DNA of 49,422 nt from Rotaria socialis (lineage: Eukaryota). The notes below the pieces were generated by a model, which saw nothing but the letters and a program-made list of their open reading frames with translations, had not been told where the DNA came from and made no database searches. Location of the stretch: positions 124,001-173,422 of the forward strand of contig CAJNYD010000242.1 of assembly GCA_905331295.1 (NCBI GenBank). The letters are read 5' to 3'. Made by a program: the position numbers and the translations under genes. This document shows, one piece after another, positions 12,701 to 25,767 of this stretch; the first letter of the stretch is position 1, and every line of letters begins with the position of its first letter.

Positions 12701-15700
12701 GATTTACTTGGATTTAGTATTTCAAGAGTAAATCGTATCCAATCTGGCAGATTAACACTCAAATAGGCGCATCTGAACAAAACGAAATCTCATGAAATTA
12801 TTCTATATTTCAATGAATTTTTACTTCAATGCAGCAGGTAATACCGCTTCCAATATAAGCCACCAATTTTCACTTCGATATGCTTGCACAATATGATTAT
12901 AATAACTAAACATTTTAGAACAAAGTCATTCTTTCGTTTACTAAATTTCAATCTACTCTACTTTAATGCTATATCATAATTTTTACTTGATACATATTCC
13001 TCGGCTAGGTTGTACACTAGAGAACATCATTGAGAACAAATTTTCTTTAGAAAAATGGTAACCCTACTTAAATAAAGTTTCATCCGATTTGATGAGTGTT
13101 TTTTAAAATGAGTTATAGCTTGCACCAATAAAGAAATAATTAATTCCTAAATAATAGAATAATTCAGTTTTTTTAAAATTACGTTCATCTGAAGTAAACA
13201 TACGGAATGGTTAATACGGGATTCAGCATCTCTTAATGCAGCGATAGCTTCTCGTTCTTTCTGAGCATCAGTAATTTCCATACCTTAAAGAGAGAGAAAA
13301 AACATCATTAACGTTAAATATAAGAAAATAATGATCGTAAGCATATAGGTTTCTTTCATTTCGTCGATTTTTATTAACTCTAGAGTTCTTTAGTTATATT
13401 AACAAATCATTTTTGAAATGCGAAATCTTCTTGTCTGATATAAATAAATAATACTGCAGACCGTAAAGAATAATAAAACCAAACGAATATAAGATAATGG
13501 GAAAAAAAGCATAATATAACTTAGACATAGGACACACAAGCTTATGAAAACCATCCACATGTATATAAGCAAACAAACTTATACTATTGAGTTAAACTGT
13601 ATAGTTTGTCGTTAGATGAGCAGAAAGTAAAGTTATTCTTTTCTTTCATAGCGTACAGAAGTTCTTAACTAAAGTAAATTCCTATGAGAACTATAATTGC
13701 GAAGTTTTCATTTTTACACGCAATAGTATCGTTTGTTTTCTTTAAATATATCGAAAAATAGCAAAGTCTTGTTACAAAAAAAAAGTCAGATGGCTGTGCT
13801 TTATGAAGAGTTGGTGGGAGTGAAGTCAGTCATTTGACTAATGCCTTCACTCGGAAGGGACAGCTAGTCTAACAGATATTTCTCGCCTCTTTTGATTGAA
13901 GTTCTCTCTGTAAACTAAGTAACTCCAATAGTATGCGTGTGCCGTAATGTAATCAGATGGAATCGTTGAGAAAAAAAAACTCATGGATTATTTACCCTTG
14001 AGTTCATTTCACAACTGATAATATCAATATTTGAATGAAACACATTGTAGATATATATATATATATATCGAATATGTGACTCCTAACAACGAAAAGTCGT
14101 AGTTTCGAGTTCGCACAAATTTAAAAACCTGTACTAACAACTAGAGGTGTCAGCCGTACGGCTGAGCCGCCGCAGCAGCCGATTTTTCAATAATATCAGC
14201 CGCCGCTGCGAAAAAACAAGTTTAGCCGTTGCGCCGCTGCAAGAGATAAAAATTTTTGATAGCGTTATTTGCCGCCGCTGACATCAATACATATGCGATC
14301 GAATCGAACATTTTTCTTTTAATTTTCATCAGTGAATTTTTAACTGAGACCGCCGCCGTCACATAAAGACTTACAAATATCAGCCGACGCCGCCGCTGTG
14401 AAAAAAATTTTAAGAATTTGTAGCAGCCGCCGCTGAAGACATTACTCATTCAAATAACGAGCCGCTGGAAATCTTCAAAAATTGAAAACTGTTGCCCGCC
14501 GTCGCCGTTCAACCCTTCGGCTGACACCTCTACTAACAACATTTGCTTAGCTAGATGAAAACTTCCCAATCGTCGAAATCAGTAATAAATCTCAAAGAAT
14601 TTTCTATAGTTTAGAACATTCTGCTATCTTCCCATCACCGTTACTTAATATCACATATGAATATTAAACATAGTATAATGTTGTTTGTTTTGTAGAATAC
14701 AGATAACCACTTAAAATTAGCATAATTTAGCATACCTAGTAAATAATAGCCCATCAACGTAAAACTGACCTTTTTGTACTTTAGTTAAAGTTCTGCCTAC
14801 AATGTGTTCGCTATTATTTTTCTGCTTCGAAAACGATTTTACAAACTTGCAGAATCTTTTAAGTTCACTCTTGTTTTTTGTCTATGACTTACTTTGATGA
14901 TGTTGTCTCCATGGTCTTTGTCCATAGAATTCTGTTCCTTTTAAAAATTCACTTGGATCAAAATCAGCTTGTTCAATCCGATTGCATGCTTGTGAAATTT
15001 GTTTTCGAGCCATCGATTGATAAGCTGCCTCTTGATAATAGAAACCTGGATGCTGAGTTTGTATTGCTAATGGACAAAGTGTAAATAAATCAGCAAACGT
15101 TTGAAATCTAATTCAAAATAAAAATCTGTACATTCTCAAAAACAAATTAACAAAATTACTGTTTCGAAAGCCATGCTTTATGTTCGAAGACTAAATCGGT
15201 TGGACCAACTTTACTTTTAAATATATCAGCATGACGACGAAAATGATTAATGGCTTCAACTGGTTGTGATAATTCAAATGAAATGCGACATATCTAAATG
15301 ATAATAAAACGAATTTGGTGTGACAAACAAAAGCAGAAGTTTATTTTTATTACTTTATATGTCAAAAACCCAGCAACCATCTTCATTTCAAGTATGTTTG
15401 TATCATGAATACGAGCACTTTCTGTTAAATAACTATACGCATTTCTATACGATTTAACAGCACTTGGAATATCTTGTCTGAGTTCAGAAAAAAATCCAAC
15501 TTTAAATTGATGACGAATATGTAATAGTTGATGTGTTATATTGTTTAATGTTTCTTTATGTTTTTTAACTAGACGAATTTCATTTGTATAATAATTTTGA
15601 CTACTTTCAATAAATGTTTGTTCTAATCTAAATAAATAGTTTACGAATGAATAAATTTTAAGAGAAAAAAAATTAAATATCAACCTATCGATCCAAGCTG

Positions 15701-16476
15701 AAAGATTATCTGGTTGTGGAAGTACTGGTAAAACACAGAGAGAACGTTTTTGAATATCAAAATAATTACAAAGTGTATTTGCCATTTGATCACGTTCAGA
15801 ACTATAGACATCGTCGACTGAGAATAGAAAAATAAAATTAATCGTATGAGAAGTACTTATTTAATTTCTCCATGTCCCACATTAAGATTATTAGAAAAGC
15901 GTTATGGAACTTACCGGTTGGAAAACTATTTTTATTTTGAAGAAGTACTATTGAAATAGTAGCAGCTCGGCCATCGAGACTTGTTCTAGAATTCATTTAT
16001 TAGCATATAAATATACAATCACGATGTCTTCGAATCGATATATACCTGACCATTTCAATTTTACTTTTTAACTCATTTTCTTTATCTTTAAATGATGGAT
16101 CATTCCAGTCAAGTTCAAAGAATATGACTATTAAACTCGGTACTAAATGCAAATGTTTATGCATCCAATTTGTTTTGAGTATGCCCTTTGGAACGTACCA
16201 TTCGTATGTAGCACGCTAAGAAACACATGATTTTATGGAACAAAAACAAAATAATGATCAATGAAAAAAACTAAAACTAACTTTTGTTTTGCTATGTGGA
16301 TATTGTTCATCAATATCAACAAGTCGATAACGAAGTTGTGCATTAGGTCTTTCTTTATCGAGTAATTCCCATATTGAACGATGTACTGGCTGATGACGTG
16401 TATCAAGATTTGCTAAACACACAAGACCTTTTGGAACAATAGATAACTCTTCAGGCATAACACAAGCCCAAGCCAT
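9727..16476 (-). CDS. TRAPPC11: Trafficking protein particle complex subunit 11 (foie gras), multi-exon
   Basis: N-terminus MPEEL...[103 protein letters not shown]-terminal GFVQLPKLKL...IPTHIFVVP. These match TRAPPC11 motifs as I recall them. Confidence 0.93.
14142..14532. mobile_element. hAT MITE in a TRAPPC11 intron
   Basis: Perfect 15-bp TIRs TAGAGGTGTCAGCCG / CGGCTGACACCTCTA. Perfect 8-bp TSD CTAACAAC at 14134-14141 and 14533-14540. Many internal GCCGCCGC motifs. Confidence 0.93.
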
Positions 16477-17023
16477 ATTTAATATAATATGTTAACAGAA
16501 GACGTTTTTTATGTTTTAGTTTTTTCGTTGCTTCTAACTGCAGCAGAACTAGATAACCAATCTGATTCATCGTTAAGCCAATAGTCATCTTCTCCACCAA
16601 TTGTGATTCTTGAAGCACAGCGCCATCTCTCAAGCAAACTGGCAGATATTTTAAACTACATAGAGCTAGTCTACGGTCCTTGAAATTACCCCAGCCTTTC
16701 ATAGAAAGCCTGAACAGAACATACATGACACACTATTGAAAATTATGAAATGCATATATATTTATAATTCACGAAAAATGATTTTTGTTGTTGTTACATG
16801 ATGATTTATATATGTATCGAGCTGAATTAGATTCAACCATAAAATGTGAGCTTGAAAGTTTGAACACGAGTATACATAAGGAAAAAAACTAGTTCGACCC
16901 CAATGATTTCACACGTAGGATAAAAAACTTCAATAAAAAAAATAAGGAGAAGCTCATGTCTTCGTTTGAGCATCAAATAGTAACCGCGAAAACATGTTTA
17001 GTGGATTATTGAGGAAAGAGAAA

Positions 17024-18631
17024 TCAATGTGAAACATGTGAACGTTGTTCCATAATTACTGCTAATGGATTTTCAATAGGTTCTTCCATATCAATGAGAG
17101 TCAAACGTCGATCTACTCGGCGTCGCCGATAGGCTATTGCCGAACCAAATGCTATCAAAATCACCAATATCGCAACACCGACTCCAATCAAAGCACCAAC
17201 AAGTCCATCAATACCCTTTGCACCTGGTCCACTCGGATTTGGTTTATCGATTGGACATTTTGATATGATTGATTGTGATTGAGTATCACAACGTGTTCGT
17301 GTATTATTCAACAGACAAATTGGTTTTTTTAAGGTAACATCTACGGCGATCGATTCATTTTTATCATTGTAAAATAAGCCAACAATACAATTACATTCGT
17401 GTGTTTCATCTAATTCAAGTTGAAGTAGATTAGATGTTTTCTGAAATATTTTATAAAATAAACAAAAGTCACGATCATTGAGCGTATGTCCCAGTAAACT
17501 TATTGTTAATGTTTGATTGATTGATTTACTTAAACGTCCTAGTAAATTAACAATCATATTTTCCGTAAGATTTGTATTTGATACATTAAGTGACAGGAGA
17601 TGAGGCATATTCGGAAAATAATTCTGTACGAAATCCTCATTATCTTCTCGAATAAATCCTTCGGAAATATCAATCACTCTCAAATCTTTTAAAGTATTCA
17701 ATATTTTTGTCTTAAGAAATAAATCAATTTGCTGTTGTTTTAATACTAAATGTTTTGCATAACTGTACGCGGACCAATCATAATTTTCTACAAGTGCATC
17801 AATGGGATTATTACTTAAATCCAGTTTTTCTAAATTTTTTAAAACACCATCAACTATATTCGAAGAAAACACTTTAAAATTACTATTATCACGAATGATT
17901 AATTCTTTAAGTACGCGTGATTCTGATTGAAATGTATGAGCATTGATAAGTTGAAGTCCTGTGTTTGAAATCTCTAATGATTCTGTTGTTGAAAGAAATG
18001 ATGGTAAACTTTTACTTGTTAATTGTGTAAATGCTGGACATGCATGAATACGTAAATATTTAACAGTCGGAGGTTTTTGCACAGTAGTTGAGAATCCAGT
18101 TATGCCAGATTGTTCAAAAATTAATTGATCAATTTGCAAATTCTCACCAAAGCAATTCGTATCAAATATTGGACGTCCATTGAAATTGTTTATATTAAAA
18201 AATCGTAGGCTATTCATTTTTATTCCATTAAATGCATTTGATTGTAATATTATACTCGATGAATTAGTTGAACGTTCAATATTAATTGATATTGTTGATT
18301 TATCCGGAATAATCATACTCGTCGAAAATGCATTCGAACGAATTACTGTTACATTAATAAGATGAATAGTTATTGCATGATCACTAAGAAATGTTAAATT
18401 TTGAAAAGCATGGGCTGGAATTTCGTTAAAATTACGAAAATAATAGCTGTCGACCGACGGTAATGATGTTAACAAAGAAAAATTACTATGCTCAGTTTGA
18501 TTCCCATAATTAGCATCACATATCACTTCATTTCTATCACAGGTGCATAATTCAAGATGTGAACAATTCGACTGAACTGTGTTTAATTGTGATAGTAAAA
18601 TCATAAAATAGAACAGGCAATGTAAGTACAT
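17024..18631 (-). CDS. Intronless leucine-rich-repeat type I transmembrane protein (535 aa)
   Basis: Signal peptide, Cys-rich N-cap (CSHLELCTCD...VIC), LRRs (LKNLEKLDLSNNPI, LRVIDISE, LLSLNVSNTNL), CNC C-cap, a TM helix (GLVGALIGVGVAILVILIAFG) followed by RRRR, and a short tail. Confidence 0.88.
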   Translation of the reverse strand: MYLHCLFYFMILLSQLNTVQSNCSHLELCTCDRNEVICDANYGNQTEHSNFSLLTSLPSVDSYYFRNFNEIPAHAFQNLTFLSDHAITIHLINVTVIRSNAFSTSMIIPDKSTISINIERSTNSSSIILQSNAFNGIKMNSLRFFNINNFNGRPIFDTNCFGENLQIDQLIFEQSGITGFSTTVQKPPTVKYLRIHACPAFTQLTSKSLPSFLSTTESLEISNTGLQLINAHTFQSESRVLKELIIRDNSNFKVFSSNIVDGVLKNLEKLDLSNNPIDALVENYDWSAYSYAKHLVLKQQQIDLFLKTKILNTLKDLRVIDISEGFIREDNEDFVQNYFPNMPHLLSLNVSNTNLTENMIVNLLGRLSKSINQTLTISLLGHTLNDRDFCLFYKIFQKTSNLLQLELDETHECNCIVGLFYNDKNESIAVDVTLKKPICLLNNTRTRCDTQSQSIISKCPIDKPNPSGPGAKGIDGLVGALIGVGVAILVILIAFGSAIAYRRRRVDRRLTLIDMEEPIENPLAVIMEQRSHVSH

Positions 18632-19579
18632 TTTTGACGATAAGTTAGGTGTGGCGTCTGGCTATGTTAAGAAGTTTTTGTTTCCTACTGTTTTTATCTT
18701 TTTATTTTATTTAACGCATTATCATCAGATAAAAGTTAAACTGTAATAGAAAAGAACAAATATTACACAATGCTTCAATTCAACAATATTCTTCTGTTAT
18801 CAAAAGAACAGTTCATGCAACTTATCAATTGCTTTCAGAGGATTTATTTATTTGAAATATGTGCGCAGTCATTGGAAACAATTTTTAAATAAATAATCGA
18901 CATGAGAAAAGAACTTTCGCAACGAATAATATGTTCTATTATCTAAATTTGATTATTTGTCTATATAGTAAACGATGAACATTTTAAATAGAATATCTAT
19001 TTCAGTTTGGTTAAAGTGGGTGGTAAAACAATCTGTTTTTGTTGTTTCTGTTTCAATTATTTCATTCGATCCATGCATGACTTTCTTTTTGACATCTGCG
19101 TAAAACATGGTCTTAAGTAATATTTCAATCTCCAATATGAAGCAATGCCCATTGAAATATGAGAAAAGCTTCATTTTTATACGTAGACTTTTAAGAAATC
19201 TTTTTGAAATTTACAAGATTGTTTATCCAAAGTAAAAACTAGATAGATTAATTCTAGTGTTCATAATAATAGAAAAAAAGAAAAAATTATTCTACAATTT
19301 TTTTTTCTATAATTCTTAATGGTCATAAAGTTTTATGATATTAGAAAACAATACAATATTATTCAGACCAGCTAGCCGAAGTCTTCAGTGTGACCATCAT
19401 TAAAAGTAATTGTCGATGCGCTTTGCACTTCTCAATCAAGTTTTACTCATTAAAATGAGTAATTGGATTACTGATATTTCCTTCATTTGAAGATCACTCG
19501 AGATAGTAATTAATAATTAGTTTCATATTTTTTAAATCCCCACGCAGATTAAAAATAGTGTGCTTGCTTTTACTTTCCC

Positions 19580-19616
19580 TATATAAAGCGCGAGCAACAG
19601 AGTAGCTATTTCATTT
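19580..19616 (+). promoter_or_regulatory. TATA box plus initiator-like element of peptide precursor gene A
   Basis: TATATAAAG at 19580-19588 and TCATTT at 19611-19616, about 30 nt downstream and ~40 nt before the ATG at 19656. Confidence 0.55.
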
Positions 19617-19655
19617 CCATTGAATATCATTGATACATCGTACAGCTGTTCAACA

Positions 19656-20128
19656 ATGACCATAGTAGGATATTATAGAGATTTTAAAACAGAATAAAAC
19701 ATGATTTCTTTTTGTTAACATTATAGATCAATACTGCTAGGTTTTCTGCATTTTTAAGAATTTGGATAGTGCTCTTCTCATTGGTACTTTGTATCAATAG
19801 TACTCTTGCATCGGAAAATGGCATTTATGATTCCCTACATTTTGATAATGGCGATGATGAATATGGATCTCCTGCAAATCGAGATGCATCATTTTATTCA
19901 AAACGGTTGATTCATGAACATGCTGATTTCAATCGACGTGATATTTGGTCTCGTTTATTTCGCAGTGAAACTAGTCAACCGCACATTGCAAGTCGTTCAT
20001 ATTTTTCGCGAAAATTATATGATCATGCTGCAACAAATGGTCGGATGCATACAATATCAATCGATAAACTTGCAATCCCAATTGAACTGCAGAAGGCTCT
20101 TTACGCTCACGGCATTGTAGGTCGTTGA
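19656..20128 (+). CDS. Secreted peptide (neuropeptide-like) precursor A, 136 aa; exons 19656-19664 and 19727-20128
   Basis: MTI|INTARFSAFLRIWIVLFSLVLCINSTLA signal peptide, acidic spacer, KR/RR/RK sites, and C-terminus AIPIELQKALYAHGIVGR-stop (Gly-Arg amidation signal). Paralog at 31262. Confidence 0.8.
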
Positions 20129-20233
20129 CTTTAAAAATAAGTTTAAATGAAAAATATTGTCAAAACCTTTTTTGTTTTCTTGCGATTAATAAATAACCAT
20201 TAAATGTCGTTCCAAATACAAAAGAAAAAATGG

Positions 20234-20557
20234 GGAAACATTGGATTCGCATCTGATTGTTATGTGTACTGCAAAAACTGAGTCGATTTATATATATTGT
20301 GAACAATTCTGAGAAAAAAAATGTTCTTTGAAAAAAANCCCCCCCCCTCAGGGATGGTCTGGTCAATAATGACAAGTTTTTCGATAACTCAGCCATTTCT
20401 TGACGGATCCTTCTCATCGTCGAACTCGACTGAGATATTGACGGTATCATTTTGTGTACAAAATTTCAAGACAATTGGATAGGGCTTTCAAGAGTTATCG
20501 TGTTAACGGACGGACACACAGATCGAATCTAGAATGTACTCACTTTTTGAGTACACA
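20234..20557 (-). mobile_element. Second copy of the DINE-1/HINE-like element
   Basis: Near-identical to 6124-6466, including the terminal hairpin TGTACTCACTTTTTGAGTACAC and GGACGGAC repeats. Confidence 0.75.
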
Positions 20558-21143
20558 TTAAATGGCATTCCCAGTGCAAAAGAAAAAAGAATTTATAAAA
20601 GAAATCTAGTGCTGTTGGAAGAATTAAAGAAAAGTTAAAATGTTCAATATTCCGCTCCAGTTATTAATAGACTTTTATTATGGTTAATGCTTCTTTTAAA
20701 TTAAAGCGTCAGTTCAATATCAATTAAATGTGAAACAGCTGCGCTGTTGTTAACTACAATGAGCTTATGTTATCTTATATAGTATGAAACTCTCATTTTC
20801 AATTACTTCATATTTCAAAAAGCCAAGAAGGAACAGGCTTAAAGAGCTACTTCTAGATTCTACTGATATCCGATCTTGAATCATATATTACGAGGATCCC
20901 TCATGGCCTGTAAGTCGATCGAAACGTCGACTCTCTTTTACTACACGAATTTCTCTTTGAATCTTGCGTCAAAAAAGAAACGCACCAGCTCTCTTTTCTA
21001 TCACGATGATGAATAATCTCAAACCGATACTGCCCTCTGTCAGCGTCGTCTTCATGACAACTCGTCGATTAAATTTTAATAATGTTTGTTGACAGTAAAT
21101 CTATAAAAAAGATTCTCTCATATTCATATTCTTTCATGTTCTA

Positions 21144-23197
21144 ATGCCTCAAAAGTAAGTAGATTATATAATCTGATTTTTTGATTATATTATAAATTTC
21201 TACTTCAAACTTTATAGACCTAGAGCTCGTCCATTGAGCGCCAGTCGTAAACGACGATATAATAATCGTCGTGCAAGTCTAAATGCTGATTCAAAGCCAT
21301 TCGAAATAGTATCGAATCAATATCCATTATCACCAAAATCCGATATCCTTGTTCCGTCCGGTATAGATCTTCGTACAGCAAAAGAAAAGATAGAAAATCT
21401 AGAAAATGGAATGAAAAAACGCAAAGATGATTCAACAGTATTTTATTTATATTTCTGTTTATTTCAAAGCAAATCTGTTGATTTCTTTTAGTCAGAAGAA
21501 AACCTGAATGATCTCGTTCTTATACAACTCTACACAAGTCTTGAGTACGGTATAATGTCTATTGAAAATGCTGCGGCTTATGTTAGTCTAAGCAAATTCT
21601 ATCTAGATCAAAAACGTAATTTCATATTTAATTGTAACAAAAAACGGAAGAATCTTTTTTTTACTATTCTACAGATTTTCTACCTCAAGCTAAAGAACAT
21701 ATCGACAAAGCTCATCAAATACTTGAAAGATTAAATATAATACCTCATGATGAACATCTAAACAATAATTTGCTTGCGTTTGAAATATATTTTCTATTAA
21801 TCAAATGTTCTGTTCAAGCAAAACAATGTTTATCTCAACGAGATGTGAAAATTAAAAATAGCAAACATATTAAATCAATTGATACAACACATATCGATCA
21901 TGATTTGTCTATACTTGAAGAGTATTTACAAAAATTAGAGCATTTAATGGATTCAAAAAATTATAGTACAAAACATATGGATTATCTATTAATGAAATTT
22001 GAAATAGCTGTTAATAATCTGAAAGAATTTGATCTTCATATAACGAATTTAATTAAAATAATTATTGAGAGTATTGATAGATATTCATCAGATGATAAAA
22101 TAAAGAAGAAAATAAATATTTACTTGCGTGCAGGATTTTACTTTATTAATTTTGATGATAAAATTAAAGAAGGCTTAAATTATTATAAAGAAGCTGTTGA
22201 CTTAGCTGAACAACAAGAACAAGAAAATCCATCCGATATGCATAAACGGCAACTTGCAAATGCAAATTTTCAATGGGCTAAAGCAAAAGTAAAAGTTGAT
22301 AGTTTAGGAGGCAAATGAATATTTTATATTGATTCAAATTTTTATCTGTTGTTTTCTTTTGTTTTAGATAGTACTGGACAAAAATTTAAGCGTGCTATTG
22401 AATTATATAAACAAACCAATGAGGAAAACGATAGAGATATTTTAAAAGTATTCGATGAATTGGCAACTTATTATACAAAAACAGAAAATTTTCAGGTTTG
22501 TAAAACGAATGAATAATATTTTCAGAGAGATTTTTTTTTATCTTTTACAAGAATAAATCATGTTCTATGATGAATAGGATTATATCATATAACCTATTTC
22601 TTTCGAGTTTCATTATGAAAAATAGTTTTAATATTTGCAAGCTGTATGAAAAGATTGTTTATTTTTATTTAATTTTAGGATGCCTTAAATGTACTTTGCG
22701 AAAGTTTACCTGATAAAAAACGATTGTTTGGTGATTTTTCAGACGAAGTTATTCAAACTGAATCACGTATTGGTGCCATTTATTTACGCGAGTGTGAATA
22801 TATAAATGCTGCAGAACATTTAAAAGAAGTATAAAAAATGAGAAGGTTTTCTTCTTTTTTTTAAATCTAATACATTTCTTTTCACAGTGCTTTGATCTAC
22901 AAGAATTTGCGTATGGTCCCAAAGATCCGCGAACATCCCAAACACGTGATGCACTTGAAATCTTAAAAAAGTATTTGATAATCATCATTTTAAGGAAACC
23001 TTTTAAAAAAAAATCGTTTTTTTTTGAATTTTTAAAGGGATCCACAAGTTTCTCGAATGTTTTTCTCTCGTACACAAGATGGCATACGAAAAGATCGACC
23101 AGCATTCAAACTAACAAATAGAGTTTCACATGAAAAAGGAGATCACGAATTATTATTAACTGTTACAAAGAAACCACCGATTTATTCGAAAAATTAA
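21144..23197 (+). CDS. TPR protein, TTC23/TTC23L-like (multi-exon)
   Basis: Spliced model: ...LEYGIMSIENAAAYVSLSKFYL...LPQAKEHIDKAHQIL... and C-terminal CFDLQEFAYGPKDPRTSQTRDALEIL, resembling the TTC23 family pattern. Helical TPR-like repeats. Confidence 0.7.
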
Positions 23198-23330
23198 TTT
23201 TGCCATGTGAATATTTGTTTATTATTAAATAATAAAAGGCTTGTATCTCTACTGTATTGCTACACTTTAAAAATACTTGGGATAAACATAAGATTTTGAA
23301 TAAGCATAAAAATAAGAAAAACCAGAAAAT

Positions 23331-25767
23331 TTAAATACAATAACGTTCTGGTGCCATTTGAATAAAATCGTCAAAGATTTGTGGAACGGTTAGTTGTTTC
23401 AAATTGTCCACAGTCGATTCGGAAATTGGAAAACCCCAAAATTTAAATAATGGAACTAAATTATAACCAACTTGCTTAGAAAATGTAATTATCCAATGAT
23501 CCATTTTTTCTTGATCGGAATGAAGATTCGGTTTAGTTTGTTCGTATTCACGAAAAACATCCTTATAACTTTGCCAACCATATTCTCGTGTTAATTGAGC
23601 ATAAATAAATAAAGCTACACCGGGCTTATTTTTCCATTCATCAAAATTACATCCTTTTTCAATGTATTTTTGTGTACTGGAAATTTGATCTTGCAACCAG
23701 GGATGTATCCATGTTTCAAGATGACAAACTTTATCCATTGCATGTAGAGTAAATATATTTACTGTTACTTCACCAGTACCATCAAATGCTAGAATGAAGA
23801 CAAGGAGTTTTATTCTGGAATCAAAGGAAATAAACAGCAACTTACTCCACCAGCCTTGTTGCATATTATGCCCAAGCTCATGAAATAAACCCCAAGCTCC
23901 TTTTTGTTTTAATTTCTCACAATCCAATAGAAAGCCATCCGAATTCGGATCACTTACATCCATATGTGTAACCACTGGATATCCACTGTCTGAAAATATG
24001 GATTATCATGTTTGTTATTATTCGTTCAAAATTCAATAGAAAAAAATATTGAGTTCTTACGCATGTAACCAAGAGATGGTTGTTCATCACAAACAACACG
24101 TTCTCGACGTGTTGGCTTTGTTCCTCGTAGATCATGATGAGCGAGTATAATTGCGTCCCAGAATTCTAATACTTCATGTAATTCAGTAGATTTTAGATGT
24201 ACAACACTTTTACATGGAAGATTAAATACAATATGTCGACCAGCTATATCAGCCCATAAGCCTTGAGCTCTCGAACGTCTGTATTCCCACAATGCAGCAT
24301 GATTGAGTTCAGTTACATCATAGGTTGGTGCTAATACTACATGATGGAAAGTAACAGTAATCGAACTTGGTTCACCTTCAGGGCTTTGAAAAAATAGTAA
24401 ACCGCCAAACGCTGAATTTATGTTTACAGAATTATTTACTAATGGTTTACGTATGGAAATACAAGGCCATCGACGATATTCATCACAACCCTATTTTTAG
24501 AAGCATGTTTCTTTTATCATTCTATTTCAATATTGACACTTTTCCTATAACATACCCCAAGATCATCACTGTGACATCCAACTCTAGCTGACCATCCTGG
24601 TGCTCCTTTTTGTTCTAAAACATCAATCTGAATTGGAATACCAGCAGCAACATAATATCCTAATTAAAGAGAAAAACATATTTTCATGCTTATTCCATTT
24701 TTTTCAAGCGATCTCTACCTGAACAGTGCCATTCGCTATCTATCGATTTAAAATGACATCGAACACCAGTTAAAATATTAGGGGGTCGATCGAAATCTCC
24801 CGGAAAATGTCGAACTCCTAAATTTCATTATGCAATCTATCAATTCAATAAGTATTTTCGGTTCTACCTGGTGCTTTAATACCCGGTAAAGCGCACATAA
24901 TTCCACAGATACCAGCCGATTGCTCTCGATTTAGTTTGTCTTTGACCGGGCATTGATTCATTGGTATTACTTCTTCACCGGCATTCATCACAATATTTTC
25001 TAAAGTTTCTATGGAAACTCCAGGCAATGTATCCCCTAATTCTTTAATTGCTGATCCAACAATAGAAAGCGTAGTTATATTAGATGGATTATTTGCTAAC
25101 CCTCGAACAGCATGATAAATATTTTTAAATTCAATTAAGCCTTCACGAAATTCTATTGGATTAGGACAATTAGCATAATTATCTGTGATTTTCACTCCGA
25201 TATAATCACAAAAACGTGCAAAAGGAAAATCTGACAGAAGTTTGCCACTTCCTTGTAACCAACCCCATGCTGTCGATCCACAAATCAATGCACCACCCCG
25301 TTCTAAAAATTCGCACTAAGAAAAACGAAAGGCGGCATTGATTTTAAAAATTAAAAAAGTGTATTTACTATATTATTCATAAATGCTTCTGATTTTTCAC
25401 GGTGACCGTTCCAAACAAGAATTTTTCCGTGTGCTGAAATATCGTTCATGCTTGTAGCTTTATCAATCGATAGAAATTCAGCTTGATGACCTCGAGCAAG
25501 CCATCGTCGACAATTTTCAACGAACTGTTGATATTTGCTTTCAGTGTTAAAAAATATTCCTGGGTAACCATTATGAGCAAATACTAAACAGCGACCCAAG
25601 CCAAATCGAGTTGCAACAATAATAACATTATTTGAATCATCGCCACATAATACTGCACGAGTATCGTTTGTTAATGGAATCAGTGTACCTGGACAACCGA
25701 TTTTCTCAATCGAAGATACACCTTCAAACAACAGTTGTGGTGCTTGGTCAAATTCGGTATCGTCCAT
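23331..25767 (-). CDS. TCAF/FAM115-like M60 family zinc metallopeptidase (7 exons)
   Basis: Gluzincin motif WGLFHELGHNMQ...GEVTVNIF, GYMHSGYP, SAFGGLLF, HFPGDF, and a TCAF-like N-terminal domain (IVATRFGLGRCLVFAHNGY; FLERGGALICG). No signal peptide. Confidence 0.88.

Noticed and set aside
6147..20450. ORFs 6147-6383(+) and 20160-20450(-), and other short ORFs inside MITEs (816-1040, 14222-14449, 43092-43292, 47050-47247)
   Set aside because: They overlap non-coding transposon sequence and show no protein motifs.
22302..22367. Possible GC-AG intron in the TTC23-like gene (donor at 22311)
   Set aside because: A canonical GT donor at 22302 has the same phase, so a GC donor is not required.
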